Source of the DNA: Lingula anatina
Lineage: Eukaryota > Animalia > Brachiopoda
DNA length: 64,000 bases
Direction: 5' to 3'
NCBI GenBank assembly: GCA_051362555.1
Contig: CM120649.1
Span: forward strand, 9,548,001-9,612,000
In this document: positions 25,276-37,835 of the stretch, piece after piece
Position numbering within the stretch: the first letter of the stretch is position 1
How the letters are laid out: the number at the start of each line of letters is the position of its first letter
Made by a program: the position numbers and the translations under genes
Notes under the pieces: generated by a model
Told to the model about the DNA's origin: nothing
What the model saw: only the letters and a program-made list of their open reading frames with translations
The model's database searches: none

Positions 25276-27038
25276 GACGACAATTATAATTTCTAATTAT
25301 ATATTTCCCTCACCTACGATCATTTTCATGATGCGCTTCACGAGTGGGACGAGTATTTCCCCAAACAGGTGTTGTAAACAAAGGCCGGTCACTTATATTT
25401 GAAACCGGTAGCGTCAGTAGACTTAAACTAGTTATGTGATCTACGTACGCCCTATTTGAATTTTAATATGACAACTGAAATCAACCGAATTGCTCAGCGT
25501 CGAGGCGTAGACATACTTCCGAAGAAAATTCAATCACCCGTATCAAAGAATACCAACTGGTACTCAAACGGAATTCAGTGTAACTTCAAATTACTTATAA
25601 GTATTTTATTTAAAAAGCATGTCATATTAAAACATTGAGAAAAGGCAAAATACGGAGCCTACCTGTGCCAATAGACGTACAGTAGGCCTATCTTGCTTGC
25701 ACTCTTCCGATTTTCTTACTTATATACTCTCGCTGTGCACAAACCACGGTGCATATTGAAAACCCCACTGATACAACCCGAACGTAAAAAAAAAGCATTT
25801 AATTGCCATAATTTTCACAAAACAAGTGCATTTATAATTTGACGCGAGAATTGAGCACATGCAGAAATGAGACTGGTCTTATCTGGTGTGGTCCAGCATA
25901 GCGCAAACCACATGTTAATGAAGACGGTCCCATTTTGGGGGAGGGGGGGTCACAGGAATGGAGTTCTTTGTGGATTACGCTAAATATCATCAACATTTCA
26001 TGCATCTGGGGAAATAAAAAGTAACTCACAGGTAACGTTAATGTCCAGTGGAACTCTCTATGAAGCTCTCATGGAGTTAAGGAAGACTTCATTTTTATTG
26101 TTGACAAATCAGTTATCCATGTAGGTGAACAGCTACACATGTTCGTCAGATTTTGACAGCGCGTGGTATTTGGCGCCAAGAAGTCTGGGCGGTCGATCCC
26201 GCTGATCTTTCGGTCGATTGTAGTAAATGTAAAATCTTGCGGTGTTGACTTCAAGAACGTTTCCCCATCTGCATATATATTTCAATCAAACTTGAAAATA
26301 AATTGCTTATATTCTTCCCAAACTTTTTATTGGTAGCAAACGCTATATATGGTCTATATGAAGGTGTTTACGACGTATTCTACTCACTGTCGATATTTGG
26401 TTTCATCCAGAATGGACCTTCCCCAGTTACGGGCGTGATGAATCAGTCAGCAAGGGCAAGTCTGCTTAATTAGCACAGATTGTATGTCTTTAACACTATT
26501 TTGTCATCGGGGACAAAAGAAATGACAGGTACGTCATGCTTCCAGATTAGATCTTCAATTAATAGTTTCTTCCTCATTGACGAGAGCTATTGAAAGGACA
26601 ACAATTGACAAAGGGCCCGGCATGCAGCATCTATATGACTGGCTTGAAAATTTACCAAGTCTTGCCGACGATGTGGTCGAACAATCGGAACAAGAAAAAA
26701 ATTCTGGCGCATGATTTTGACGTATGGACTAAATGTTTGAGCCCAGAAAAATTAATTTTATTATATAATTTTTTTGGTCGGATTGACTGGGCCTGTCGAA
26801 ATGCTTGGCACATTACCGTAAATCATTGAGATTAAATGAAGACTTCACTGTAAGGTGCTGCCGCCAAGAAGATAAAGCAAGCACTACATTGTAAAATGCA
26901 GTAATGGGAAGAGCATCTCCAAGCAGTAAAATATCATATCTTGAAATAGAAAATACGTAACAAACCAAAGGAAAATGAACAAATTGATTTCTATAATTCA
27001 TTCAAATAAATTGTACACAATAGCACGGGATTCAAACG

Positions 27039-27220
27039 ACTGCGCATGAGCAAAAAGTGCACTGTTTGAAATACAAGTTGGTGAAATTGAGAAAGCCTGC
27101 CGGTGTTTATCCGCTGGTTGATTTTATTTAATTTGCCCTCTGCTCTTGTTTTCAAAATTTATATTAGAAACATTCTATTGATTTTATGTTTTAAAAAGTA
27201 AATCCATCAGAATTTCCTTA
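27039..27220. repeat. dispersed repeat, second copy at ~56164-56346
   Basis: ACTGCGCAT...GGTGAAATTGA.AAAGCCTGCCGGTGTTTA...AAATCCATC.GA.TTTCCT is shared between the two sites. Confidence 0.7.
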
Positions 27221-27309
27221 GAATAATAGGGATCTTAATTCCTGGGTCAAAATCTGGTTGGGCCATTTTGGCCCACTTGGTAAAAAAAAAGTGGGCCATT
27301 TTTAAAAAA

Positions 27310-28562
27310 ATGTGTAACACAGTGATCAAAATATATAATTATATTATAATAAACACATACAGTGACAAGAAAGATATACACATGGACACATGGACAGTGA
27401 TCAGAATACATACAGACACACTCAATGTCTCAACAATGCAAATTAAGGCATCAAGATGTATGTATATAATATGTAAATTTTGTTTATATCAAGATTTTCC
27501 TAAGCGAACCCTCGCCCCCCAACTCCAAACAGCTAGTTCACATTAAGCCTTGTCACCTTGAACATATTAAAACTGATTTGGATCTCAATGACCCATTTCC
27601 AAATGATAATTTCATAGTTACAACATATATAGTGGCGATGGTCACAAAGGGATTGAATAGAATCACCAGTATAGCAATAATGTTGTTGCACTGACCTTTG
27701 CTTATACTGTGTGGCTGTAGAACGAGATGGTGAACAGATGAATTCAACTTTCCTCAGTGTGATGATAATACAGGAAATTTACACACCTTCATTTCAACTG
27801 AAAACAGATAACAAATCATTAATAAAATATACGTATATGTGTAGACATATACGGTAGTTAAAACACAGACATAACACGTAGTGATTAAAAAATATTATTA
27901 TACTATAATAGACACAAACAGCGGCAATAAAGACATTTTGTCTTTATCAAGATATCTGCTAAGCGAACCCCCTCCCCCCCCAGCCCACAACGTCGAAAAG
28001 TTTACATTAACCGCTGTCACCTTGAAACATATATAAAACTGAGTGGGATCTAATTAAGTGACCCTTTTCCAAAATGAGAATTTCTCAGGTACAACATATA
28101 GCAGCAATGTTCACAATGGGATTAAAGAGAATTGCCAGTGTAGCAATATCATTGTTGTACCGACCTGTGATGAGGCTGCAAGGTTGAGATGAGTTCAGCT
28201 GTCCTCAGTGTGTTGATAATACAGGAAACACACCTTCATCTCTACTGAAAACAGATAATAAATCATCAATTAAAAATATATATGTAGACACATACAGTAA
28301 TTATAATACAGAAATAACACAGTGATCAAAATATATTAATATATTATAATAAACACATACAGAAACAATAAGGACATAGTGATCAGAATACATACAAACA
28401 CATTCAATGTCACAACAGACAATGCACAGGTATCAGAATGTATACATGAAATTTTGTCCATATAAATATTTATGCTAAGCTAACCCCCCCCCCAAACAGT
28501 TCACACGCCCCCCAACTCTGAACAGTTAACATTAACCCTTGTCACCTTAAAAATACATATAA
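27310..28562. repeat. ~470-520-bp satellite-like tandem array, segment 1
   Basis: AACTGA(T/G)T(T/G)GGATCT recurs at ~27572 and ~28037; ATTAACCCTTGTCACCTT recurs. Confidence 0.85.
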
Positions 28563-30095
28563 GGCAGTTTTTTTTAATAACCTGTTTCTCAAGCTTCGCC
28601 GACCTCAAAAAGGCCAAAATAGAAAAAAAAAAAAATTGAAATCAAAAATACTTTTATTTTTTCCCCCGACTTCTGACTGATCGTACTGTTCGATCGTAAA
28701 CATGAAACATAACAAGTTTCACGGGACTCCTGCGTCACATGACTGCCTATAAGTTCAAAACGAAGGGTATTTAAGCCAAAGTAAACAATTGGTTCATTTC
28801 CCCCAGCTTCTGGTTTTTAAGCCAATCAATGCTTCGCTGATATTTTACACTGCATGTGTCAAATTAATACAACATGGCAGGAGACGCATACTGGAGTAGC
28901 TGTCTTTACTTAAGCAGGAAATTGACCACTGTTGTGTGGCTCAGTGTTATAGTGAAGGAAGGACCAAAGATATTATGCAAAAAGGTCTGTCCGGCCAGTG
29001 TTACAGACGTTTTAGGCCATTTTATTGACTGCTTTCTGTCAGAAATGAAAATATCAACTGCAACACTTGTCATGTGTAGAAGTTTCAACAGGGAGCAAAA
29101 ATAGGTTCTGAACTGAATGTAAGAATGCCGGTCACTACAGTGGTAGATATTGACATTAGGTGCATTCAGATAACAGTTGGCAGTGAACACCAAAAGATGC
29201 AGGCTCAACTAAACTCTCTGAGAACATCCAAATACAGAGCGCATTGGATTTTTAATGCAGCACTCGCGTAGGCCTACTTCTGAAAGCCTCCAGAAATGAT
29301 GAGTATTTTTTTTTTTCATTTTATCAGTCTAGAGGGTCATGGTTTTTTAAGGTGAATGTATTTTAGGCATTGATATGTTGGTAAATGTCCTTTCTTGCAC
29401 TTTCACAAAAACGTATGTTAAATGCTAATTGCTCGCTCACAACAGCAGATGTTTCTATACTGAAGCATCGTGTCTTTGACATTTTTTTAATTAAATTAAG
29501 GCAGGTAATAGCTGTAAACTATCATGTGCTTTGGATAATGAGCCTGTCAACATGAATTCATAGTTCAATTAAGTTTTCCACCAAGTTTTTAAGGCGTATA
29601 TAGATATTAAGTTTAACCAGGCCTGTAGCCAGCAATTTCAAAAGAGGGTTCTTTTTCTGAAAAAGTGAACCATTTACCATAAAACCTTCATGCGCCTAGA
29701 TCAATTTTGATCTAGAGCAGACCTTTTCCTGATAAAAAGGGTGGATCATTCAATAATATTAAATAAGTTAAGTTGTTGCTGCCATTTAGATTTAATTAAA
29801 ATTAAGACCACAGTTCCATAACAGGCCATATTACCCTTGCTGTTTTTTGTATTTTCAACAATCTGGCTAAGCAATTGTTTGCTGTCTTTTGAATTATACA
29901 ATAGGGTTGCGTGACAAGGTTATTTTCAGTTGCCAACCATCAGTCAGTAAACTTCATAATGCACTCAATAACTATAGAAATCTGAGCAAGAGAAACTCTA
30001 CATACAGACATGACAGATTTACCATATATTGCCACCAACCCTAAACTGAATGGGCATAGAAAGAACAAAGTGAATCTCCCTCCCATTAAAAATGA

Positions 30096-30133
<38 letters not shown>

Positions 30134-30181
30134 AGATACTGTCATTCTTAATACTGAAAAACAATGGCACCTTGCAGCCTT

Positions 30182-30338
30182 TGTTGTATATTGTAATGTA
30201 ATTAACATATCTCCCATAATGCATTGTTCCTTCTCTACCAGTTAGCCAGCATGGCTGGATGTGTTATGTAATAAATGAGTTATTAAAAAAATGTACACTT
30301 AAGTTACATAAGTTACATAACAACAGAAAACCACGACA
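30182..30338 (+). repeat. 5' LTR (157 bp)
   Basis: TGTTGTATA...CCACGACA; identical by eye to 34909-35065; contains AATAAA. Confidence 0.97.
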
Positions 30339-30356
30339 TGGTGTCAGAATCGGGAT
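30339..30356 (+). other. primer binding site, tRNA-Leu(CAA)-like
   Basis: TGGTGTCAGAATCGGGAT directly after the LTR, close to the complement of the tRNA-Leu(CAA) 3' end (TGGTGTCAGAAGTGGGAT). Confidence 0.8.
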
Positions 30357-30445
30357 CTACATTGGATGTAGCATGATTTGGAGATTGGATGACCCACAAA
30401 CTACAAGATAAAAACGGATTTTGAATCACTAAAAAAACAAAAAAA

Positions 30446-33400
30446 ATGGAGCACATGTATGGGATACAGCCGCCTCACATGGACTGGGAATCCATGGACT
30501 TACCGCGTACTTTCAAACTTTTCAAGGAAAAGTGTGAATTGATATTCCAAGGACCTTTAGATGCTGTATCAGAGGAAAGACAAGTGAAATTTCTTCTCCT
30601 TTGGATCGGAGAAAAAGGCCGCGAAATTGTGAAAACTTTTAACATTGATGATCCAGACGTGTTGACCTCGTATTGGCAAAAATTGGAAGAATACACGAAG
30701 CCCAAGAGTAACTTTCGAATTCAGAGATTTAAACTTAGAGCATGCAGACAAGAAGCAGGTGAGAGCATTGATTCTTTTGTCAGACGAATCAGACTCGTGG
30801 CAAATGAATGCAAATATACCGATGTTGATCAACACATAATTGACACTCTTATTTTTGGCACAAACTTGGAGAGAATTCAGGCGAAATTATTACAAAGAGA
30901 AGAAGATTTGACTCTAGATCAGGCTCTTGTCATTGCACGAACAGAGGAAGCAACTAAGAAACAGATTGAGGATCTTCACAGTACATCGGCAAAGGAAATT
31001 CATGCACTACGGCCAAGTGGAAACAGTCAAAGAGGGAGACCGCGTTACAGACAGCCACAACCTCGCACTCCTCGCCAGCAAACTCAATCAAAGGTACCAA
31101 ACAAACAACGCTCACGACAGCCACTGCAAGAATGTGGTAAGTGTGGAACTGAACATGATTTTCAACAGTGCCCAGCTAAAGGTACAATTTGTCTCAAATG
31201 TGGCAAGAAACAGATTGAGGATCTTCACAGTACATCGGCAAAGGAAATTCATGCACTACGGCCAAGTGGAAACAGTCAAAGAGGGAGACCGCGTTACAGA
31301 CAGCCACAACCTCGCACTCCTCGCCAGCAAACTCAATCAAAGGTACCAAACAAACAACGCTCACGACAGCCACTGCAAGAATGTGGTAAGTGTGGAACTG
31401 AACATGATTTTCAACAGTGCCCAGCTAAAGGTACAATTTGTCTCAAATGTGGCAAGCCAGATCACTGGAAAAGGGTATGTAGAACAAAAATAGTAACTGC
31501 ATCGACCCATAGTAAAACTGTGCATTCAGTAGCAAATGAAAGTGACAGTAGCAGTGTATACTTTGACTCTATATATGTAGATAGTATTCAGTCAAAACAG
31601 TCCCCAGTCAAGCCATTTGCTGACATTGAAGTTAAAGTTGGGAACTCTACTTCAACATTACGTTGCAAAATAGACACCGGTGCTGAGGGAAATGTAATAC
31701 CACTGTCTTCTTTCAAAAAGCTTGCAATTCAGCAACCACTAAAGCCTACGAATGACACGATTACGGCATATGGTGGCAGTAAGTTACCAGTATGTGGAAT
31801 AGCAACATTGACATTCACAAATGACAAGGTCATGGTGACCTCAGACAGCTATATTGTGGACTGTGAAGGACCAGTTATACTAGGAATGGAAACCAGTCAG
31901 AAACTGGGACTTGTTACTCTGAACATAAATACAGTGACAAGACAGTCCATACTATCAGAGTATAAGGATGTCTTTGAAGGTATCGGGAAATTGGATGGGG
32001 AATATCACATAAATATTGACCCCACTGTTTCTCCTGTTGTTCACCCACCACGGCGTGTACCTATTGCATTGCAGCCAGCACTCAAGGAGGAGTTGGACTC
32101 TCTCGTTGAGCAAGGGATCCTGTCACCTGTCACACAACCAACGAAATGGGTAAACTCGTGTGTATGTGTTACCAAACCCAATGGAAAAATACGTCTCTGC
32201 CTGGATCCAAAAGACTTAAATACGGCAATTAGATGTCCACACCACTACACACCAACACTGGATGACATCCTACCTCAACTGAGTGGCGCGCGTTATTTCA
32301 GTATACTTGACCTTCGGAGTGGGTATTGGAATATCACATTAGATGAAGAAAGTTCTCTTCTGACTACCTTCAATACGCCCTTCGGAAGATTTAGATACAA
32401 CAGACTACCCTTTGGCCTCTCGCTATCTCAAGACGCCTTCCAGGCCAAGATTGAAGAAGTATTCAAAGACATTCCAGGGTGTACTGGAATCGCCGACAAC
32501 CTTATCATAGCAGGTTGGCAGGAAGACGGATCTGACCACGATGCGACTCTGCGCGTTGTATTAGATACAGCCAGAAGAAAGGGGATACGCTTTAATGAAG
32601 ACAAGATGATTCTTAGAAAGGAGGAAATTCCATTCTTCGGTCATATTATAGGAAAAGACGGGCTAAAACCAGACCCAGCAAAGGTAGAAGCCATTTATGT
32701 AATGAATGAGCCGAGAAATGTATCGGAACTACAAACATTCCTTGGGATGACCAATTATCTAAGCAGATACATTCCCCATATGTCTCAACTTACAGCCAGT
32801 CTCAGAGACCTGTGCAAGAAGGATAGTGTTTTTCAGTGGAATGCTGAACACAGTATTGCATTCAACGAGATTAAAAGAGAAATAGCAAACGCAACCAACC
32901 TACAATTCTACGACAGTAGCAAGTCACTTACACTCCAGGTTGACGCTTCATCTTATGGATTAGGAGCTGCCTTAATCCAGGATAAAGGCCCAGTTGCATA
33001 TGCTAGCAAAGCACTCACAGAAACAGAGTAACGTTACTCCAACATTGAACGCGAGATGTTAGCAGTAGTGTTTGGTCTTGAAAAGTTTCACCATTATGTC
33101 TATGGTAGACATGTTAAAGTAGAGACTGACCATAAGCCTCTAGAAGCCATTTTCAAGAAGCACCTACACAACGCACCACCGCGTCTGACCCGCATGTTGC
33201 TGAGAACACAGTGTTATGACACAGAGATTGTGTATGTCCCAAGCAAAAGTATAGGACTAGCTGATGCCCTCTCTCGCATGAAACCTTGTGATGGTGATGA
33301 CATCAAAGGACTTGACATTACAGTACATGAATTACACTCGTACATGAACGCAAGTCCAACACGCATTGAGCAAATTCGTGAGGAAACCAGTAAAGAACCA

Positions 33401-34621
33401 CAGCTAGCAGCTCTTCGTGAAATGATTTCTGTAGGATGGCCAGCTACACGCAGCGAGTGTCCAGAAATTCTTCACCCATACTGGAACTACCGTGATGAGT
33501 TAGGCATCGCAGATGGAATCATTATGAAGGGGAATAGGATGATTATTCCTACAGTACTTCGCCCTGACTTACTTAAACAGCTACATTATGCCCACCAGGG
33601 AGTGGAGAAATGTAAGCTACGTGCAAAATCGTCTGTATTCTGGCCTGGCATGAATAATGATATTGAGCACACAGTCGGACTGTGTCCACCTTGCCAGAAA
33701 CACCAAGCTGCCAACAGTAAGGAACCCTTATTGCCAGCAGATGTACCTCCCCCCGCATGGCACACATTAGCAGCAGATTTGTTCTATTGGAGACAAACTG
33801 ACTACTTATTAGTTGCTGACCAGTACAGCAAATATCCTTTAGTGCGGAAACTTACAAGTACATCATCAGGCAGTGTAATTGCACACTTAAAGAGCATATT
33901 CGAGGAGCATGGCATCCCTGAGATTCTTAAAACTGACAATGGACCTCAGTTTTCATCAGAAGGATTCAAAAACTTCGCAAACACTTGGGGATTTACGCAC
34001 ATTACATCCTCACCTATGTATCCGCAGTCAAATGGATTCATAGAACGAATGGTACAGACTGTTAAAAGTCTATTTCAGAAAGCATGGGAATCAAATTCAG
34101 ATCCCCACCTATCCATGTTATGTCTTCGCACAACACCCATTGATCACAACCTACCAGCGCCTTGTGAGTTATTGAATAACCGGAAGTATAAAACAAATAT
34201 TCCCGCTGGACAGTCACAGTTGAACACCGACTACAATGTAGCATTACAGAAGAGACAGAACGCGAGTAAAACGCACTATGATCAGCATGTCAAACCACTT
34301 GCACCTTTACATGAAGGAGGAATTGTTCGCATGTATGACACTCAGAATAATACATGGCAACCTGCCAAAGTTAAAACTGTATCAGACAAACCCAGATCTT
34401 ATTCTGTGGAATCCAATGGTGGAATTTACCGACGCAACAGAAAACACATTCATAAGACAAAAGAACATTTTGATTTCAGAAACAATGAGATTGAGGAAAC
34501 TGATGAACCTCTTGTTGACATTACAAACACAGAGACTGTTACAAAATGTGAAACACCTCAATCTCAACCCTTACGCAGATCAAGCAGGAACATTAAACCT
34601 CCAGAGAGATTGAACTTATGA
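30446..34621 (+). pseudogene. single-frame gag-pol polyprotein with one premature TAA at 33029-33031
   Basis: The 861-aa and 521-aa ORFs are in the same frame (ETE*RYSNIEREML). Contains Cys/His knuckles, protease IDTGA, RT LPFGL and IADN, RNase H VDAS, integrase HYAH..CPPC and ADLF/TDNG/SNGFIER. Confidence 0.95.
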
Positions 34622-34894
34622 ATAAATTCAGTAATAGTGACTGTAACAAGTCAGTTGTGAAAGATGTCACAAAATTGACTGTAATTTGAATAAGCTTAAT
34701 CATAATTGTTTCATTTATGAACTCTGGACTTGAGATTCTGTTGACTTTTGTGTTAAAAAAAAAAAATGAACATTTACATGTGTCTATGAACTGTGAACAT
34801 TGCAATGTCTTGGAGACAAAGACAACACGGACAGTGAACTGATTATGTTTATTAGCAACTTAAAAAAAATAATTGAAAGATTTTTTTTTTAATT

Positions 34895-34908
34895 AAAAAA
34901 AAGGGAGA
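34895..34908 (+). other. polypurine tract
   Basis: AAAAAAAAGGGAGA directly before the 3' LTR. Confidence 0.9.
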
Positions 34909-35065
34909 TGTTGTATATTGTAATGTAATTAACATATCTCCCATAATGCATTGTTCCTTCTCTACCAGTTAGCCAGCATGGCTGGATGTGTTATGTAATA
35001 AATGAGTTATTAAAAAAATGTACACTTAAGTTACATAAGTTACATAACAACAGAAAACCACGACA
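34909..35065 (+). repeat. 3' LTR (157 bp)
   Basis: Direct repeat of 30182-30338, followed by GCCTT. Confidence 0.97.
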
Positions 35066-36115
35066 GCCTTCACTGCCTCACTATATGCAGACAATGTTCT
35101 AGTCACTGTAACTGTGTACTTTTGAGGAGGCATAGATGCAAGGATAACTCCTTTGAAGTATATTATGAAGGTTTCTTTTGTCATAAATCTGCCACACATA
35201 ACCTGAATGTACATATTGCGATTCACACGGCAGCAGCTTGTCTTAGTAAGGACTCAACCAGTTGAAAACTTGTGGCACAGCTTCAGGGACAAGATCACAC
35301 CAACTACCCTTGCTGTGATGATGGATCTACATTATCTTGTTCTCCTAGTTTCTCTGATACCATTTCCCCTTGTCTTTGCTCACATCAATCTCTACAGCTT
35401 TACCAACTGCTACACAGTTTTTGCATCTGAAAGTGTACAGCAAAAATTGTAATAAAGCACCATCAATTTACTTGTTATATATTGATTTCAGGGCGAGAGA
35501 AAAAGGCAGAAACCTCATACCATAATCAAGATAATTGAAAATCAAATATGCATAATCAAATAGCTTTAATTGTACATACTAGTGATGATTTAATCTTTTA
35601 AACTTCAGCATAAATCTTGACTTTCTCTTGTTAAAGCATAGCCACTTTATCAAAATGTGCTTGAACAAATAATAATAACAATAATAATATAAGAAACAAC
35701 CTGCACACATGATGGAACATGGAGGTTAATTAATGCCACAAAAAAAGTTGATACGTACTTGGTAGCCTGAGAAATAAGATCAGGTATTAATTTAAGCAGC
35801 AATAATACCACAAAGTTAACAACGACACAAGCATAGAGTGTTATGCAACAAAATTTCATGCATTACTTGCTGTGGCAGTGTCATCCTCAACCTATCTTGC
35901 ACCGCAGGTTTTGATTTTCAGTGTCATCAAAATTTTATATTATAGTTAGTTTGACCTATGTATCTGCTATTCAAATAATATCGTTTGGAAAATAACTAAC
36001 TAATTTAATTATGCTTTTGCAACATGAAATTATCATTAACTTTGCCGGTTCACGTGTACACAGTACCTTACTATCAGTGCTGCTCTTTTCTCCCTAACTC
36101 GCCACTGATAGGCTA

Positions 36116-36235
36116 ACCACATCGTTTCAAAACAACGTTGGTATGATCCTTTACTTTTGGTGTAGGCAGTTTCGCCCCGGGGACATCATCTTCGGTTAAA
36201 AACAACATATCGTTCTCACCCATCTTTGCATTGCT
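36116..36235 (-). pseudogene. N-terminal fragment of a SAP-like protein, probably transposon-derived (ISL2EU accessory ORF-like)
   Basis: LTEDDVPGAKLP...HTNVVLKR resembles the segment at ~42960-43100 (YDVQGPG...KRWLKHRNASTVGKK). Confidence 0.4.
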
Positions 36236-37178
36236 CCTGTACAAAATGTCCGCTTGACGCCCGCCCAAGGGAAAAATCGTAGCACGTGGGTAGTTACACA
36301 AGTCCTGTGATGTGTAACGCGCGCAAGGTTATTCCTATGCAGCTAAGAGAAGGCACACATCCAACTCAGTTAACTTATCTGAAATATTTTTTTTTAGTGA
36401 ATCCCCAAGTAATGCAAGGCAGGCAATGTATAATTCTATCTCGCCAGTAGTGGAAGACTTCAATCTTTGTCTTCGGGCTGGACAGGCCAAAAATCTTGGA
36501 AAACACATAGCAGAGACACTGACAGAGGAGCTATGGTATAGAAGCCCATATGCAGAGAGAGACTGGCTAGTTTAGTGCAGCTGCCATAGTGACCATTTAA
36601 GAAAGGCCATTTAACAAGATGATTCTCAAACTTATTGAAAGATTCAAAGGTCTGAAATATAGCCTGATTGGATTCTTTTTATGGAAGTAATGCCGTTTTT
36701 GTGAAATGGTCATTTTTCATATACATGTATTGGTGTTTTCTATGTGGGACTTGGAACTTACATGGGCATGAAGCCATATTGTTTCTGGATGGCCATGTTA
36801 CATGAAGTAATTTAAATTTGATGATTTTCCACTTAATCATTAAATCATACATAATATTGCATCAAGATTGACAAAGAACTGTTTTGTGCACTGCCATCGT
36901 GAATGCATAGAAAGGCAAACTGTTTTTTGTTTTGTAATTTACAAGGATGATTCGTTGAATTGACATTCATTTAGACAAATAAAACATTGAAAAGGAACTG
37001 CTGTTTTTATCCAAAAATTGCTATACTGTGTTAAAACCAGTATTTACCATTGTCTAATGTAGTTTTGAAAATGAGTGACCAAAAAGTCATTATTTTGAAA
37101 AATATTTATTTTTTCTCCCCTCCGACCTCTGATAAAAATAAAAATTGTTTGAGAAACAGGTAATTAAAAAGAACTGCC

Positions 37179-37835
37179 TAACTGAGTGGGATCTAAATGA
37201 GTGACACTTTTTCAAAATAATTATTTCTAAGGTACAACATATAGAAGCAATTAATGGCCACAGTGGGACTAAAGAGAATTGCCAGTTTAGCAATATCATT
37301 GTTGTACCGACCTGTGAGGAGGCTGCAAGGTTAAGATGAGTTCAGCTGTGCTCAGCGAGATGATAATCCAGGAAACACACCTTCATCTCTACTGATAACA
37401 GATAATACATCATCAATAAAAAATATATCTGTAGACACATACAGTAGTTATAACACAGAAAGAACACAGTGACCAAAATATATCATTATATTATAATAAA
37501 CACAAACAGCAACAATAAAGACACATATAGACAGTGATGAGAATACATACAGACACATTCAATGTCACAACAGGCAATACACAGGTATCAGAATGTATAC
37601 ATGAAATTTTGTCCAAATAAAGATTCATGCTAAGCAAAGCCTCGCTTCCCCAACTCCGAACAGTTCACATTAACCCTTGTCACCTTGAAAATATATAACT
37701 GAGTGGGATCTAAGTGACCCTTTTCCAAAATAATAATTTCTCAGGTATAACATATATAGGGGGCAATGTTCACAGTGGGATTGAAGAGAATCACCAGTGT
37801 AGCAATATTGTTATTGCACTGACCTGTGCTGATGA
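37179..37835. repeat. ~500-bp satellite-like array, segment 2
   Basis: AACTGAGTGGGATCTAA at 37180 and ~37697. Confidence 0.85.

Larger units (their letters stand above)
30182..35065 (+). mobile_element. complete Ty3/Gypsy LTR retrotransposon (probably Mag-like)
   Basis: TG...CA LTRs, 5-bp TSD GCCTT (30177-30181, 35066-35070), PBS, PPT and gag-PR-RT-RNaseH-IN order. Confidence 0.97.
28563..37178. mobile_element. 8.6-kb TIR element with TAA TSD (Zator- or PIF/Harbinger-type) containing the Gypsy element
   Basis: Left end TAA|GGCAGTTTTTTTTAATAACCTGTTTCTCAA; right end TTGAGAAACAGGTAATTAAAAAGAACTGCC|TAA. Removing it restores the host satellite sequence CACCTT.AAAATA..TATAACTGAGTGGGATC. Confidence 0.8.

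Noticed and set aside
28089-28182. Exon-like segment (TTTCTCAG|...AAG|GT) inside the ~500-bp unit, as a tandem-exon gene
   Set aside because: 94 nt is not frame-symmetric, sister copies carry indels, and the donor site is weak.
33029-33031. Programmed stop-codon readthrough in the Gypsy ORF
   Set aside because: The stop lies inside RNase H, not at the gag-pol boundary. A point mutation is simpler.
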